Below, piece after piece: positions 12,175 through 22,813 of a stretch of 64,000 bases of DNA. Source of the stretch: Hyaloraphidium curvatum SAG 235-1 (Eukaryota; Fungi; Monoblepharomycota); NCBI GenBank assembly GCA_025558095.1, contig JAIVFI010000024.1, positions 372,001-436,000 of the forward strand, given 5' to 3'. The notes under the pieces are model-generated. The model was not told where the DNA came from and searched no databases. It worked only from the letters and a program-made list of their open reading frames with translations. The translations under genes and the position numbers were made by a program. How positions within the stretch are numbered: position 1 is the first letter of the stretch; each line of letters begins with the position of its first letter.

Positions 12175-14147
12175 ATGCCCAGAACTGTGCCAACTACCGT
12201 TAGGCCTGCCCCCGCCCCGGCCTCGTTGCCGCGCTCGCACCCGGCCATTCCGTCCAACGAGGGTGACCCGTACGAGTACCAGCCGGGATTTGGCAATGGT
12301 AAGCCGCTCAGCGTCGGCGATTGCGGTCACTGGCTTACCGCGTGCCTCTCCTTCCATCTCCTCGTCGTCTGTCTCCTATTCCCCCGGATGTGCCCTTGGC
12401 CAGACTTCTCCACCGAAGCGCTGCCGGGCGCCCTTCCCGTCGGGCAGAATCAACCCCAGCGATGTGCCTATGACCTCTACGCCGAGGTACGTTGAGCATA
12501 CTGGGGGTTCCTGCTCTCCGAAATCTGACGGTCAACTTCGGAACGAAGGGCATCACGGGGACCACGTTCACGACGCCGCGATCCCACGGCCTCGGCAACC
12601 AAAGGACCTGGCTCTACCGGATCCGGCCCACCATCGCGCTGACGTCGCGATTCCAACCGTACCACGGCAACAAGTTCATTACAAGCGATTTCGTTCCGCG
12701 TCAGTACCTGCACCCGTCGCAGGGGCTGCCTTCGATTGCTTCGGCCCCGCAATCTGGCCACGCGATCGCCCACAACCCCACGGCCGGCGAACTTTCGGCG
12801 TCCGGCGGGGCTGTCACCAACGGGCCGCTGGCGACACCGGTTCCGAACGTGCTCCAGTGGAACCCCCTGCGGATCCCTTCCCCTGACGAGGTCAAGCTTG
12901 ATTTCGTAGATGGAATCCGCACCATGGCCGGATGCGGCAGCGTCATGATGAGGGACGGCTTGGCCTACCACCTGTGAGTATCTTCGTTCCCTGTCCTTTC
13001 TGCGCCCTTTTCCGACACTCGATCCAGCTATGTGGCCAACACAAGCATGGAGAAGCGAGCGTTCTACAATGCCGACGGTGGAATGTGCATTTGTGGGTAT
13101 TGCCGGGGGCGGAACTTGGCCCGCCTTCCAATTTTGCACCTCCCCCTCCCCCTCAGTTCCGCAAACCGGCGTTCTCGACGTGTGGACCGAGATGGGGCGG
13201 CTTTCTGTGGCGCCCAACGAGCTCCTCGTGATCCCGAGGGGCATCCGATTCTCGGTCGCCGTTTCCGAGCCTTCGCGCGGCTTCATTTGCGAGGTCTTCA
13301 ACGCCTCGCACTTCCAGCTTCCTGACCTCGGCCCTATCGGTTCTAACGGTCTCGCGAACCCTCGCGATTTCCTGGCGCCTGTCGCCGCCTTCCTCGACGT
13401 GGACGAGCCCTGGGAGGTCGTGGGAAAGTACATGGGAAACTTGTTCCGTTATGGAATGGACCACGCGCCCTTCGATGTCGTCGGATGGCACGGAAACTAC
13501 TATCCGTATAAGGCTAGTGTGCTTTGGGGCTGTTTCCGACATTCTGGACTCACTCGTCCATCATTTGTCCCCCTCACACAGTACGACATCGCGCGCTTCT
13601 CCACCCTGGGATCAATCAGCTTCGATCACACCGATCCCTCGCTCTTTACGATCCTTACCGTGCCAGGCTCGGTGCCGTGAGTGAGCGGATCGCGAAACTT
13701 TGAAGCCGCGGCTGATCGGGCTCGTCCAGCGGCGCGGCCGTGGTGGACATACTTACCGTCAACCCGCCTCGTTGGTCATCCTTCATGCATTCTTACGTCG
13801 TTCCATACTTCCACCGCAACTGCGCATCGGAGTTCTTGATGCAGATCAAGGGTCAGCCGTCGCCCAAGGCGGAGCTAAGCGACGGGTCGGTGCTTTTCGT
13901 GCCCACGCACACCCCGCACGGCGCTCCTCGATCGCAGTTCGAGAGGGCGACCTTCGGGAAGCCGGTCGACAAGCCTTTCCGCCTCGGTGATGGGCAGCTC
14001 CTGCTAATGTGGGAATCGACGTACCAGATCGTTCCGACCCGGTGGTGGGTCGAGGGCAGCGGGGCCCTGGTCACAGACGCGGACTGGCAGGAAAATATCG
14101 GTCGATCACTGAAGAAGTACTTCAACGGCGGGCAGGCGAAGCTTTGA
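12175..14147 (+). CDS. hmgA: Homogentisate 1,2-dioxygenase, multi-exon
   Basis: [67 protein letters not shown], Fe-ligand segments FHRNCASE and HTPHG. Confidence 0.92.
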
Positions 14148-14433
14148 ACGTGCGGGCAACATTTCGAGTGTGGGGGGAGCCGACCCCATCTTGAGGACTG
14201 CAACGGCAAGAGGGTGCAAACGGGACGTGAATAGCACCAAATTCGTGTTGTATTGAGTTGTAGCACCTTTGATCATCGTTCCGGTGCCGAAAGACGAAGC
14301 GAGGAATGACGCGAAGCCCCAGCGCGCACAGCGGCGGCGCCGGACGGTTCGGCTGTCGCTCCACAACAAGTGCTGCATCGCCCTCCACTGGCCGCAGAAC
14401 GCTCATCCTCGATCTCGAAACGCATTTCCAGTC

Positions 14434-14886
14434 ATGACGCTGAAGATCCGGAGGCCGACGCAGGTCAAGAGGCTGCGGGCGCCCATCGTCCTGCGGCCCG
14501 GCGGCGCTGCCAAGGCGGCTGGCCCCTGCCGCGACGAACTCACCGCCCTGCTCAACTGCTGGCGCAATTTCGGCGTCGATAGCGATTCCTGCTGGGACAA
14601 AGCGAGGCTGATGACGGAATGCGCCGAAATGGCTGTGGGTTCCGTGTTTGACGCGACGCGTCTTTGTTCTCATCCCGAGTGCCATCCCGTCGCATTGTGC
14701 TCTGTTCACGGCCTAAAATCTCCTATCTGACGATTGCACCGGCGATTGGACGCTGCCATCGCCGCCCTGTGCCCTTCGGTTTCGTGTGCCGGCCCTCTGC
14801 AGCGCCTGGCGAAGAAGGAGGACACTTCCGGGGAAATCAATCACTGGTTGCGCGAGCTACCGCGCGGCAGGAACTCTATAGTGTGA
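14434..14886 (+). CDS. MRP10: CHCH-domain mitochondrial small-subunit ribosomal protein mS37/Mrp10-like (intron about 14635-14802)
   Basis: Twin Cx9C (PCRDELTALLNCW...SCWDKARLMTEC), basic N-terminus, C-terminal EINHWL. Confidence 0.7.
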
Positions 14887-15291
14887 GCTCATGTCCTGCC
14901 CATGCTATTCTGTCGGAGCCTGGAGGAGCTCTCTGTGCCGGACCAGCAGAAGGGCGTATGACTTTCGCGGAGTTGTTTCTGGACAATCGCGGACCCTTTG
15001 TCAATTGCCGCGTGTATGGCCTATACCCGAAACGATGAATTCATCGTGTTCTCCTTGATGTGTGCAGTGGTCGCGGAGTTTTTGGTTCGCTCGCGGTCAC
15101 CGCGACGCCGCCAATCCCACGTCAAATTTCTCCGACGAATGGTTTACTATAGCCTGCCGTGGAAGTGGGTGGGTAGAATTGGAAGCTCGAAAGACGAAGC
15201 CACCGGAAAAAGCCGGTTGCAACTGCCAGCTAGCAAACAAAGAGAGACTACACGGTACCGATCAAGAGGTAGAGCTATCGACTTCTGGAAA

Positions 15292-16227
15292 TTACTCATC
15301 GCCAGATCCGCCGCGACCTCCGGAGGCGCGACCGCCTTTCTCTCCGCCCTCCTGGGCGGCAGTCTTGCTGGAGTCTGTTGGGCGGTCCCGATCTTGAGCT
15401 CACGTCCAGGCAACGAAGACGGCAACTGACCTTCCTTGGACTGGATCTTCGACGAGTGGTGCGAACCGTGAGCCAGTTTCTCGGTGTTACGGGCGTGGGC
15501 CCCGGATTCCTGTCCAGCCGGAACGGAATGCATCGTCAGAGAAGATCGTTTACGCTTTGCAGCATCGCTGACCTGGCCCTTGACGCGCTTGTCGGGCGTC
15601 CCGTCTTCCTTCATGCCGCCGTGCTCAGTCGGCTTGTACTTCTCGCTGCTGCCGCCCTTCTCGCCGCCGACCTGAGCCCCGCTCTTGCTCGGGTCTGTGT
15701 GCACGAATGCTAAGCGACAGAGGCGATCACGCACGGAAACGTCGGATACTGACCCTCCTTGGACTGAACTTTCGACGAGTGGTGGGAGCCGTGAGCTAGC
15801 TCCTCGGCGTTAGCAGCGTGGGCCTCGGATTCCTGCCGAAGACGGATGCGAAATGCAACGTCAAGTAGAGATCGCCAATGCTACGCTGCGTCGTTGACCT
15901 GGCCCTTGACGCGCTTGTCGGGCGTCCCGTCCTCCTTCAGTCCCCCGTGCTCGGTGGGCTTCTGTTGAGATCGAGTCCCGGATCCACGGCCGTCGGCGAA
16001 GCGGAGGAAGGACAGGGCGTTCAGCGGAGGCACACCAGCTCCGAAAGGCAGCATACTTACGTACTTCTCCTGACCCTGCTGGGACCTGGGTTCGGCGATG
16101 CGAATTCGTAGGCGGATTCGGCAGCGGTGTGCGTCGGGGCGGGTGGAAGGCGGGTCAGGGTGACTCCGTGCGCGCCGACGTTGCCATACGCCGCCGCCCT
16201 TGCGGCGTCCACGAAAACCCACGACAT
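15292..16227 (-). CDS. Small hydrophilic KGG-motif stress/spore protein (Con-10/LEA-like) with an internal repeat, about 7 exons
   Basis: Spliced product MSSQQGQEKY-KPTEHGGLKEDGTPDKRVKGQ-ESEAHAANAEELAHGSHHSSKVQSKE...GGEKGG (module twice)...GGEKGGRASGGRGGSGDE*; upstream TATAAAA on the minus strand at about 16325-16331. Confidence 0.75.
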
Positions 16228-16580
16228 CGTGTTTTCGAGAGCGATATAGCGACGCAGCGGGAGCGCGGTGGTTGCGAATGAAACGGGTGATTGGAGCGCG
16301 TGATGGACCGCCAGCTGTCGCCCCTTTTATACCCGCCACGTCATGCCGGACACATCATCGATTGCAGAGCCGTTGCCGAGCGAAGCCAGCACATGCTACA
16401 GCTTGATTCAGGTGTAGATTACCATGCCTTGCTTTTGGCCCACTTCTCTTCGCTCACTGACCTCTGGAGCTGTGACTGGACGACCACCGCCCTCCCTCCA
16501 GAAACGCCTGCTCATCACTTCGTCTAGCTTTACTTATTATGTTTTCATCGCTTTTACAATAGCATCATGTTTGCGCGCTT

Positions 16581-19500
16581 GTGGGAGAGGGGAAGGATAT
16601 TTGTTCTTCCCACCAGCGCCGGCGCTGTCAAGTCGGAGTTCCGAATCCTGAAACAGCTCCGGCAGGAGGGGACGACTTCTGGCACCCCTGGTTGTTCATG
16701 CAGCCTCGAACGGCCAAAAGGAACGTTCCTGCGGCGGCGCCAGAGGTCGTTTGCCATTCGTACGCGTATTCGGCTCTCCGCGATGCGCTTGGAATCGCGC
16801 CAGCGTCTCCGCTCCGTGCGCCGGCGAGCTGGACGGATCTCGGGCCAGAAAGTCTGTTCCGGCTGGACGTAAGCAGTCAATGGACCTCCGCCCAGACCAT
16901 TGTGGATCCCGAGCCGGCCTGGGCACCGGGCTCGCCGTGGGACAGCCAAACCCGGAAGCGCGCCCAGGAGCGCGCTGCTGCCGAGGCCGATACCGCGGGC
17001 AAAGACTTCCTCGCGTCCTTCAAGGAAAGAACGCTGGAAGTCCCCAAGGATGGGGATTTGTTCGACAATCTGTCCAGACTCTTCGGGCGGTTCGACACCG
17101 TCATGGGCATGCACGACCCAACCAAGGGTCGCGAGCCTACTCCTGAAAGGCTCTATCTCCCGACCGTTCGACGGCAGCCCGAGAGCCCCAATTCGCCCGC
17201 AGAGAACATCCTGCTTCACCGGACTCGGAACGCGGACCGCTCTCTATCGGTTCCCAGTGTAGCGGCAACGCACGCTCGTGAGCCGGTGCAGAAAGGGCTC
17301 TCCCGTCGGGATCAGCTGAGATACGCAGATTGGATGTTGTTCGAAACACGACCGAGGCAAGCTGCCTCCGCGGTGCCAGTGGCCAGTCCTTGGCTCGTTC
17401 TTGGAAGCGACTTCGCTCGCGAGCCGAAAAGGCGGAAGGTCGATTTCGATACCCTTCCAAAACGACCTGCACCGAGCAAAGGACCTGCGGCGAAAGATGC
17501 GCCCAAGAAAGCTGTGCCAGTTGCGCGCGAGGCTTCTATCCCGCAGAAGAAGGCAAAGATTGCTGAGCCAACCCCACTTCTATCTGAAGGCGGAACATTG
17601 CCCGTCGAGCCCAAGAAAGAGGGCAGCCCGAACTTGTTACCAAAATCCGCGGAGGTGAACGCTCGGACTACTGAGTCGTCTCCGCCGACTGCGCAAGTTC
17701 CGAAGCCGCAAGTAGCCACGCCGTCGGGACGTGGGAAGCTGTACGGCAACACCAAAATTGGCGCGCCGATCGTAAATCCGGCTGAGAAAGGAACACCGGA
17801 AGAGAATCCTTTCGTCGCCGCGATGGTGCAGCGAGCAGCGCGCAAGGAAACGATCACGAAGGCTCCCAAGGTCGTACAGCCTGCGTCGCAACCTGCCGCC
17901 AACGCCTTTTCGCTCGCTTCCTTGGGGGCGCAGGTCGTGGACGTTGTGCGCCAGCGGCGTGCCCGTTCGGCAGAAGGTGCACGGGAAAGCCGCTTGCCCT
18001 CCGACGAGATCGCTCGACAAGTTCCTGAAGGATTCCATTCGAAGAACGTGGATTACCGCAAGGACGCGGGATCGGCTTCGATCACTCTGGTCATCCCTCC
18101 CGAGAACGAGATTCCCCGATCTCTGCGGGCGTCGCCTCTCACTCCTTCGCCGGCGTCCACCGTTTCGGACACAACCGCGGTCAACAATCCTTCTCCACTG
18201 GACACCGAGCAGCCACCAAAAAGTGATCGCGCTCCGATTTCTTCCCAGGCCCCCGAGCCGTCGCAAGCCGAAAAACCAGCCACAGGTGCCGCCACCGCGC
18301 CAGCTCCTGCTGCTGGCACCGATGATCTTCGCAGCTTGTTGCCTTCTCTGGGGCGTCGAAGATCACGTTCGGTCTCGCTCGGGACGGATCCTGCACCTGC
18401 CAAGGTCGGCGGCCTTGCTGCCTCGTCATTGGTCATCCCCGCGCCTCAACCAGCAAGCAGCCTTCCACGGCCGGCATCTCAAGGCGTCACAAAGCTTGCA
18501 AAGCCGATCTTTGGCCAGCGAGCTCTGGCAGAAAGGGACGAAGAGGAGACGGGAGAAGTTCCTCCGACGCCAGAGCTGAACAGTTACCTGCCGGACTCCC
18601 TGCGAACGAAAACGCCGTCTCCTGCTCCTTCTGGTTCTCCTGCGCAGGCATTGGTGCCCTCGGGGGCGAATGCTTTAGTTGTGGAACGGGGCATCCGGGT
18701 GGACCAGCCCGTTCCAGCGGTTTCGGAGCCCGAAAGCCGCGGAGAGGACGGCGTGGGCTTCTTTGACCGTTGGCGTGGCGGACGGTCGGCGGCTTCCTCG
18801 GCATACTCCCTCAGCCCCGAAGGAAAGAAGGGCAAGGGCAACTTCATCGGCACGCTGTTTGGTCTGCGCAAGAAGCCGGACGACGCAGCGGACTCGCTGG
18901 ATGCGTCGCTCGGCTCCGTGGATTCGGATCGGAGTTTGGCGTCGTTGAACGCTGCCAAACTTTCCGCGAAGGGACAAAAGGCTTCGGAGGCAAAGGCGCC
19001 CGAATCGTTGGAGGGGTTGCCGTTCGATCCGCTTAATGCGCGCGGGGTTGCATGTCTTTCAGATGGCATAGCGTGCACCGTAAGGATTGACGAGGCCGCC
19101 AGCACTCTAAACCTGGTTTCGACGGGACCCAAGAAACGTGGGTGCAGACTCCATCCAGACGTCCGCCACTTTCGCTCACGCGGACCTTGCAGCCGACCTC
19201 GCCCGCCACCTTCCCATCAGCACGAGGCGTCTGATCCGCGCCGTGGTCGTCCACCGCACCGTCGTCAAGATCTACGCGCAGCTCGCAAGCGAGGTCGGCA
19301 AGCTCAAGTTCGACCTCGGGACGGCGGCGCGGGCGGCGGGGTTTGCCGAGGGCGTCAACGGCTTCCTTTGCCGCGAGTCCTCCAGTGTCGCGCGGAGCGT
19401 CTGGGTGCTCGTGGGCGAGAAGGGCGGGGCGGCGGAGAAGATCGTCGCGGATGGGATGAAGGAGACGTGGGACTGCGCGGGCGTGGAGGTCAAGATCGTC

Positions 19501-19785
19501 GGTGCGTGTCACGATCTTTCCGCTTGGCGCCGCTCGGGACTCACCTGCGAAAACGCAGGATCTCTGGACAAGCTCCCCGGCCCCGGATCCAGGCTCGACG
19601 TGCTCCTGTGCATGACGGACGAGATGACGATGCTCCATGTGCTCCGGCGGTACGGGGGCGGCGACCCGTCCGCGGTCGCCTACGACAAGATCGAAGCCAC
19701 TGAACCGACCGAGGTGGCTATCAAGGTGCTCCGCGACCGTCCGAAATGCGCCACCTGGTTGCTCGACTACGAGTACCCGAGATAG
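16581..19785 (+). CDS. Large low-complexity (P/S/A-rich) protein with a probable globular C-terminal domain, function unknown
   Basis: About 850-codon ORF continuing after a probable intron at about 19138-19191 into the 19138-19785 frame. Confidence 0.6.
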
Positions 19786-19867
19786 GGAAGGAGAGTCGCT
19801 CATTACTGTATGCTAACACTTAGGGGTATGAATCCGCTTCCAACCGACCGCGGATGCGCAAATGAGG

Positions 19868-22186
19868 TCAAAAGTCGTCCAGCTCCCTGCTCCCGCTCCA
19901 CAGCGTCGAATCGCTCCGCAGCGCGGCCATCTTGCGCCCCAGCCCCGCGAACGCCTCCGCCTCGTCGGTGCGTATCTCGCGGTCCCCGACCCCCCTCCCG
20001 AACCCGAGCCCCCCGAGCCGCGCCGGCGTGGCCCCGGCGAACGGGTTCGTCGGCGTGCCCGCGGGCTCGGAGCTCGCCGCGGATCCGAGCGGCGACCCCT
20101 CGTCCTCGTCGTCGAACCGCCGGCCGAGCAGGCCGTGCGCGGGGGTGCCGCCCCGCCGGCCGGCGGCCACCGTGAGCCGGTCCATGCTGTGCTCGATCCC
20201 CTCGGGGTCGGCGATCGCGGGGCCGGGGGTACCGTAGTGCGAGCCCGGGGGGCTAACAGCCTCCCCGGCCTCCGTGGCCGCCTCCTCGGCGTCAGCGTCG
20301 GGTGTGGCGTTGGCCTCGCCGTCCACGGGGAAGCCGACGCACCACCGCCCGCCCTTTTCGCCGGGGCCGGGGTTCTCCCACACGGCGATGCCGCCGCCGG
20401 CGCCGTTCCAGCGCACGCCGCGCACGCGGAAGCCCTCGGGGCCGGCGGGGATCTCCCAGGATTCGGGGCCGAAGCGGGGGTCCCAGGTGTAGAGCGCCGT
20501 GTTCGAGGTCGAGGCCCATGCGAGGGCCGTGGGCGGGTTGGGGCTGAAATGCGGGCGAACCGGGGCGCTGCGGCATTGCAGGACGCTGTGCAGCGTCAGG
20601 GTCGGGACGTGGTGGATGAGGAGGGTGCACGGCGTCGTCTCTGGACGGAGGGCCGCGCTTCAGCAATCAGATGCATGGCGGTCGAAGCGGGCTCAAACCA
20701 TTCCGGGTCACGATCCATTCGCCGTCGCAGCTCCATTCGAGCACGCTGATGCCCGTCTTGGGCAGGCCGATCGGCCCCTTGTCGCCCTTGTCCTGGGCCG
20801 GCAGGGCGGCCGAGACGACGCCAGGGTCGCCGCGCTGTATCGGGATCGGGAACGGCCGCGCGGCCACCTTCTCGACTGGAAGGAAAACGATGGAACGGAT
20901 CAGTGCAAGGAAGGGAGGGCGCATGCCGAGGAAGGACCCACATCTCGCCCTCCCGCCCTTGCCGTCCACCTCCTTCCAGCACTCGACGTCCGCCGTCTCC
21001 ACGGCACCGATCTCGCCGCACCACCCCGCCACGTTCCTCCACCCCCAGCTGTCGACGATCCTCACCCTCCCGTCGAACCCGCCGAGGGCGAGGTACCTCC
21101 CCGCCCGCTCCCACCGCAGCGCGCGCACCCCCAGGGGCAGGTCGCTCGGATGGCGCGGCGGGGAGTAGGACCACACGCAGCGGCCGTCCGGGGTGTAGGC
21201 GTGCACGGCGTACGAGAGCGGCGAGTCGTGGGCGAGGACGAAGCGCCCGTCGGGGGACCACTGCGCGTCGTGGGCGTCGTGCAGGGGGTGCAGCATGCCC
21301 GATCCGGGGCCGGGGGAGGCCGAGGTCGAGGGGCCGAGGAGGTCGAAGCGGTGGATCGGGCGCAGGGGGAAGGGGTCCTCGGGGGCGGGGGCCGAGGTGG
21401 GGGCCACCGACATGGAGCCGCGGGCGCCGGTGCGGGAGGAGCGGACCGAGGCGGCGCGGGAGTCGCGGCCGGCGGGGGCGGATTCGGAGGAGTAGATGGC
21501 GACGGTGTCCTTGCAGTCGCGGCGCTCGAGCACCAGGGCGCGCGTGGGCACGAGGGGGTGGAACGAGACGCCGCGCTCGGGGCCGTGCTTGGGGTTTGCG
21601 AGGTACGCCGTTGACAAAGTGGTCAGCGAGTGCACGGCCAGCCGGAGCTTTTCCCGGAGGGGTGAGCTGAGGAAGTCCCATTGCTGCGGGCAACCCACGT
21701 TGAAGTCCTCCCAGCACCACACGCTCTCGCCGTCGCCGCCCCAGCGCACGCCGACGATCGGCGCGCCGTTGTCGATCCTGCACTCCCAGCCGTTGTCAGC
21801 GACGTTGCCGACGCCGTCCAGCAGAGCGGCCTCGAGGTCCTCGTCCGCGCACACCACGCGCACGTCGCCCGCGCGGAAGTTTGCGGCCAGCAGCAGGTCG
21901 CCCGCGGGCGCGAAGGCGAGCGCGTCGACGGCCTTCCAGCCGGGCTCCCACACGCGCACGATGCTCAGCGAGTCGGCGTCGCGGAGCACCACGCGGCCGC
22001 CGACGGCGTGCGCCAACAGCCGCCCGTGCGGCGCAAAGTGCAGCGGCGCGCCCGCCGCCGCCGCAGACAGCCGGTACACCTAAAACGGAGGGCGCACGTG
22101 AGGGGGCAGGGGGAGCGGGGCAGGGGGGACGGTCAGCAGGGCACGGCAGGGACCGCCGTCCACCCGCCCACCTCGGAAAAGTCCAT
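19868..22186 (-). CDS. WRAP73: WD40-repeat protein WRAP73/WDR8 (centriole/spindle-pole), multi-exon
   Basis: N-terminus MDFSE|VYRL...FAPHGRLLAHAVGGRVVLRDADSLSIV; ECRIDNG, LGVRALRW, LALGGFDGRVR, PKTGISVLEWS. Confidence 0.85.
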
Positions 22187-22497
22187 GCCGGGGGGCGCGG
22201 GGGGCGCGGGGGCCGCCGCTTAAAGCACGCGGGCTCGGGGCGCCGCGCTGGGCTCCCGCGGGCCGGGGCACAAGAGAGATTCGGGGGAGTTGGAGTGCGG
22301 CGGGCAGGGGGGCGGCCCATCACACCCGGTTGGAGGCGCACACCGAGGCAGAACTTCGGCTGGCCCATCTCGTCCGATCCATGTCCGCTCTTCGTCATCC
22401 GAGCTGGCAGTCGTCGTCGGCCGACCGGGCAGCTCACGTGCGAGCACGGAAGCGGCGTTGGAGCTGCCCCACTCCGCACTGTCTGGCGTGGACGATC

Positions 22498-22651
22498 CAT
22501 CCCTCCTGCAGGTCTGCAACACCGCCCTAAATGAGCTGCTGTTGTTCATTTCATTGCTGGTTAAGGCCAGGGATGAAACCAATCCGCGAGCCTGAAGAGA
22601 TTCGGCTTGCTCGGGGGGGGTGATCACCCTCGGCTCGCCGCTCGCACATTC
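22498..22651 (+). ncRNA. Candidate box H/ACA snoRNA
   Basis: Basal stem CATCCCT(22498-22504)/AGGGATG(22569-22575), then H box AAACCA (ANANNA, 22576-22581); second stem GCGAGC(22586-22591)/GCTCGC(22640-22645), then ACA + 3 nt; lower GC than the flanks. Confidence 0.6.
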
Positions 22652-22813
22652 AGTCCTCGCTAGCCCGCTTGCTCCCACCTCTATCGGCCTCTCGGGCTCG
22701 GGGAGCTTCTACGGAGGCGCTTCAACGCGCGTCCGTGCCGCGGGCGTGGCCTCGCGGGTCGTCGGCCCGCGGTCAGCGGGATCTCCGTCGCGACCCGGTG
22801 AACGGCCATCAGG

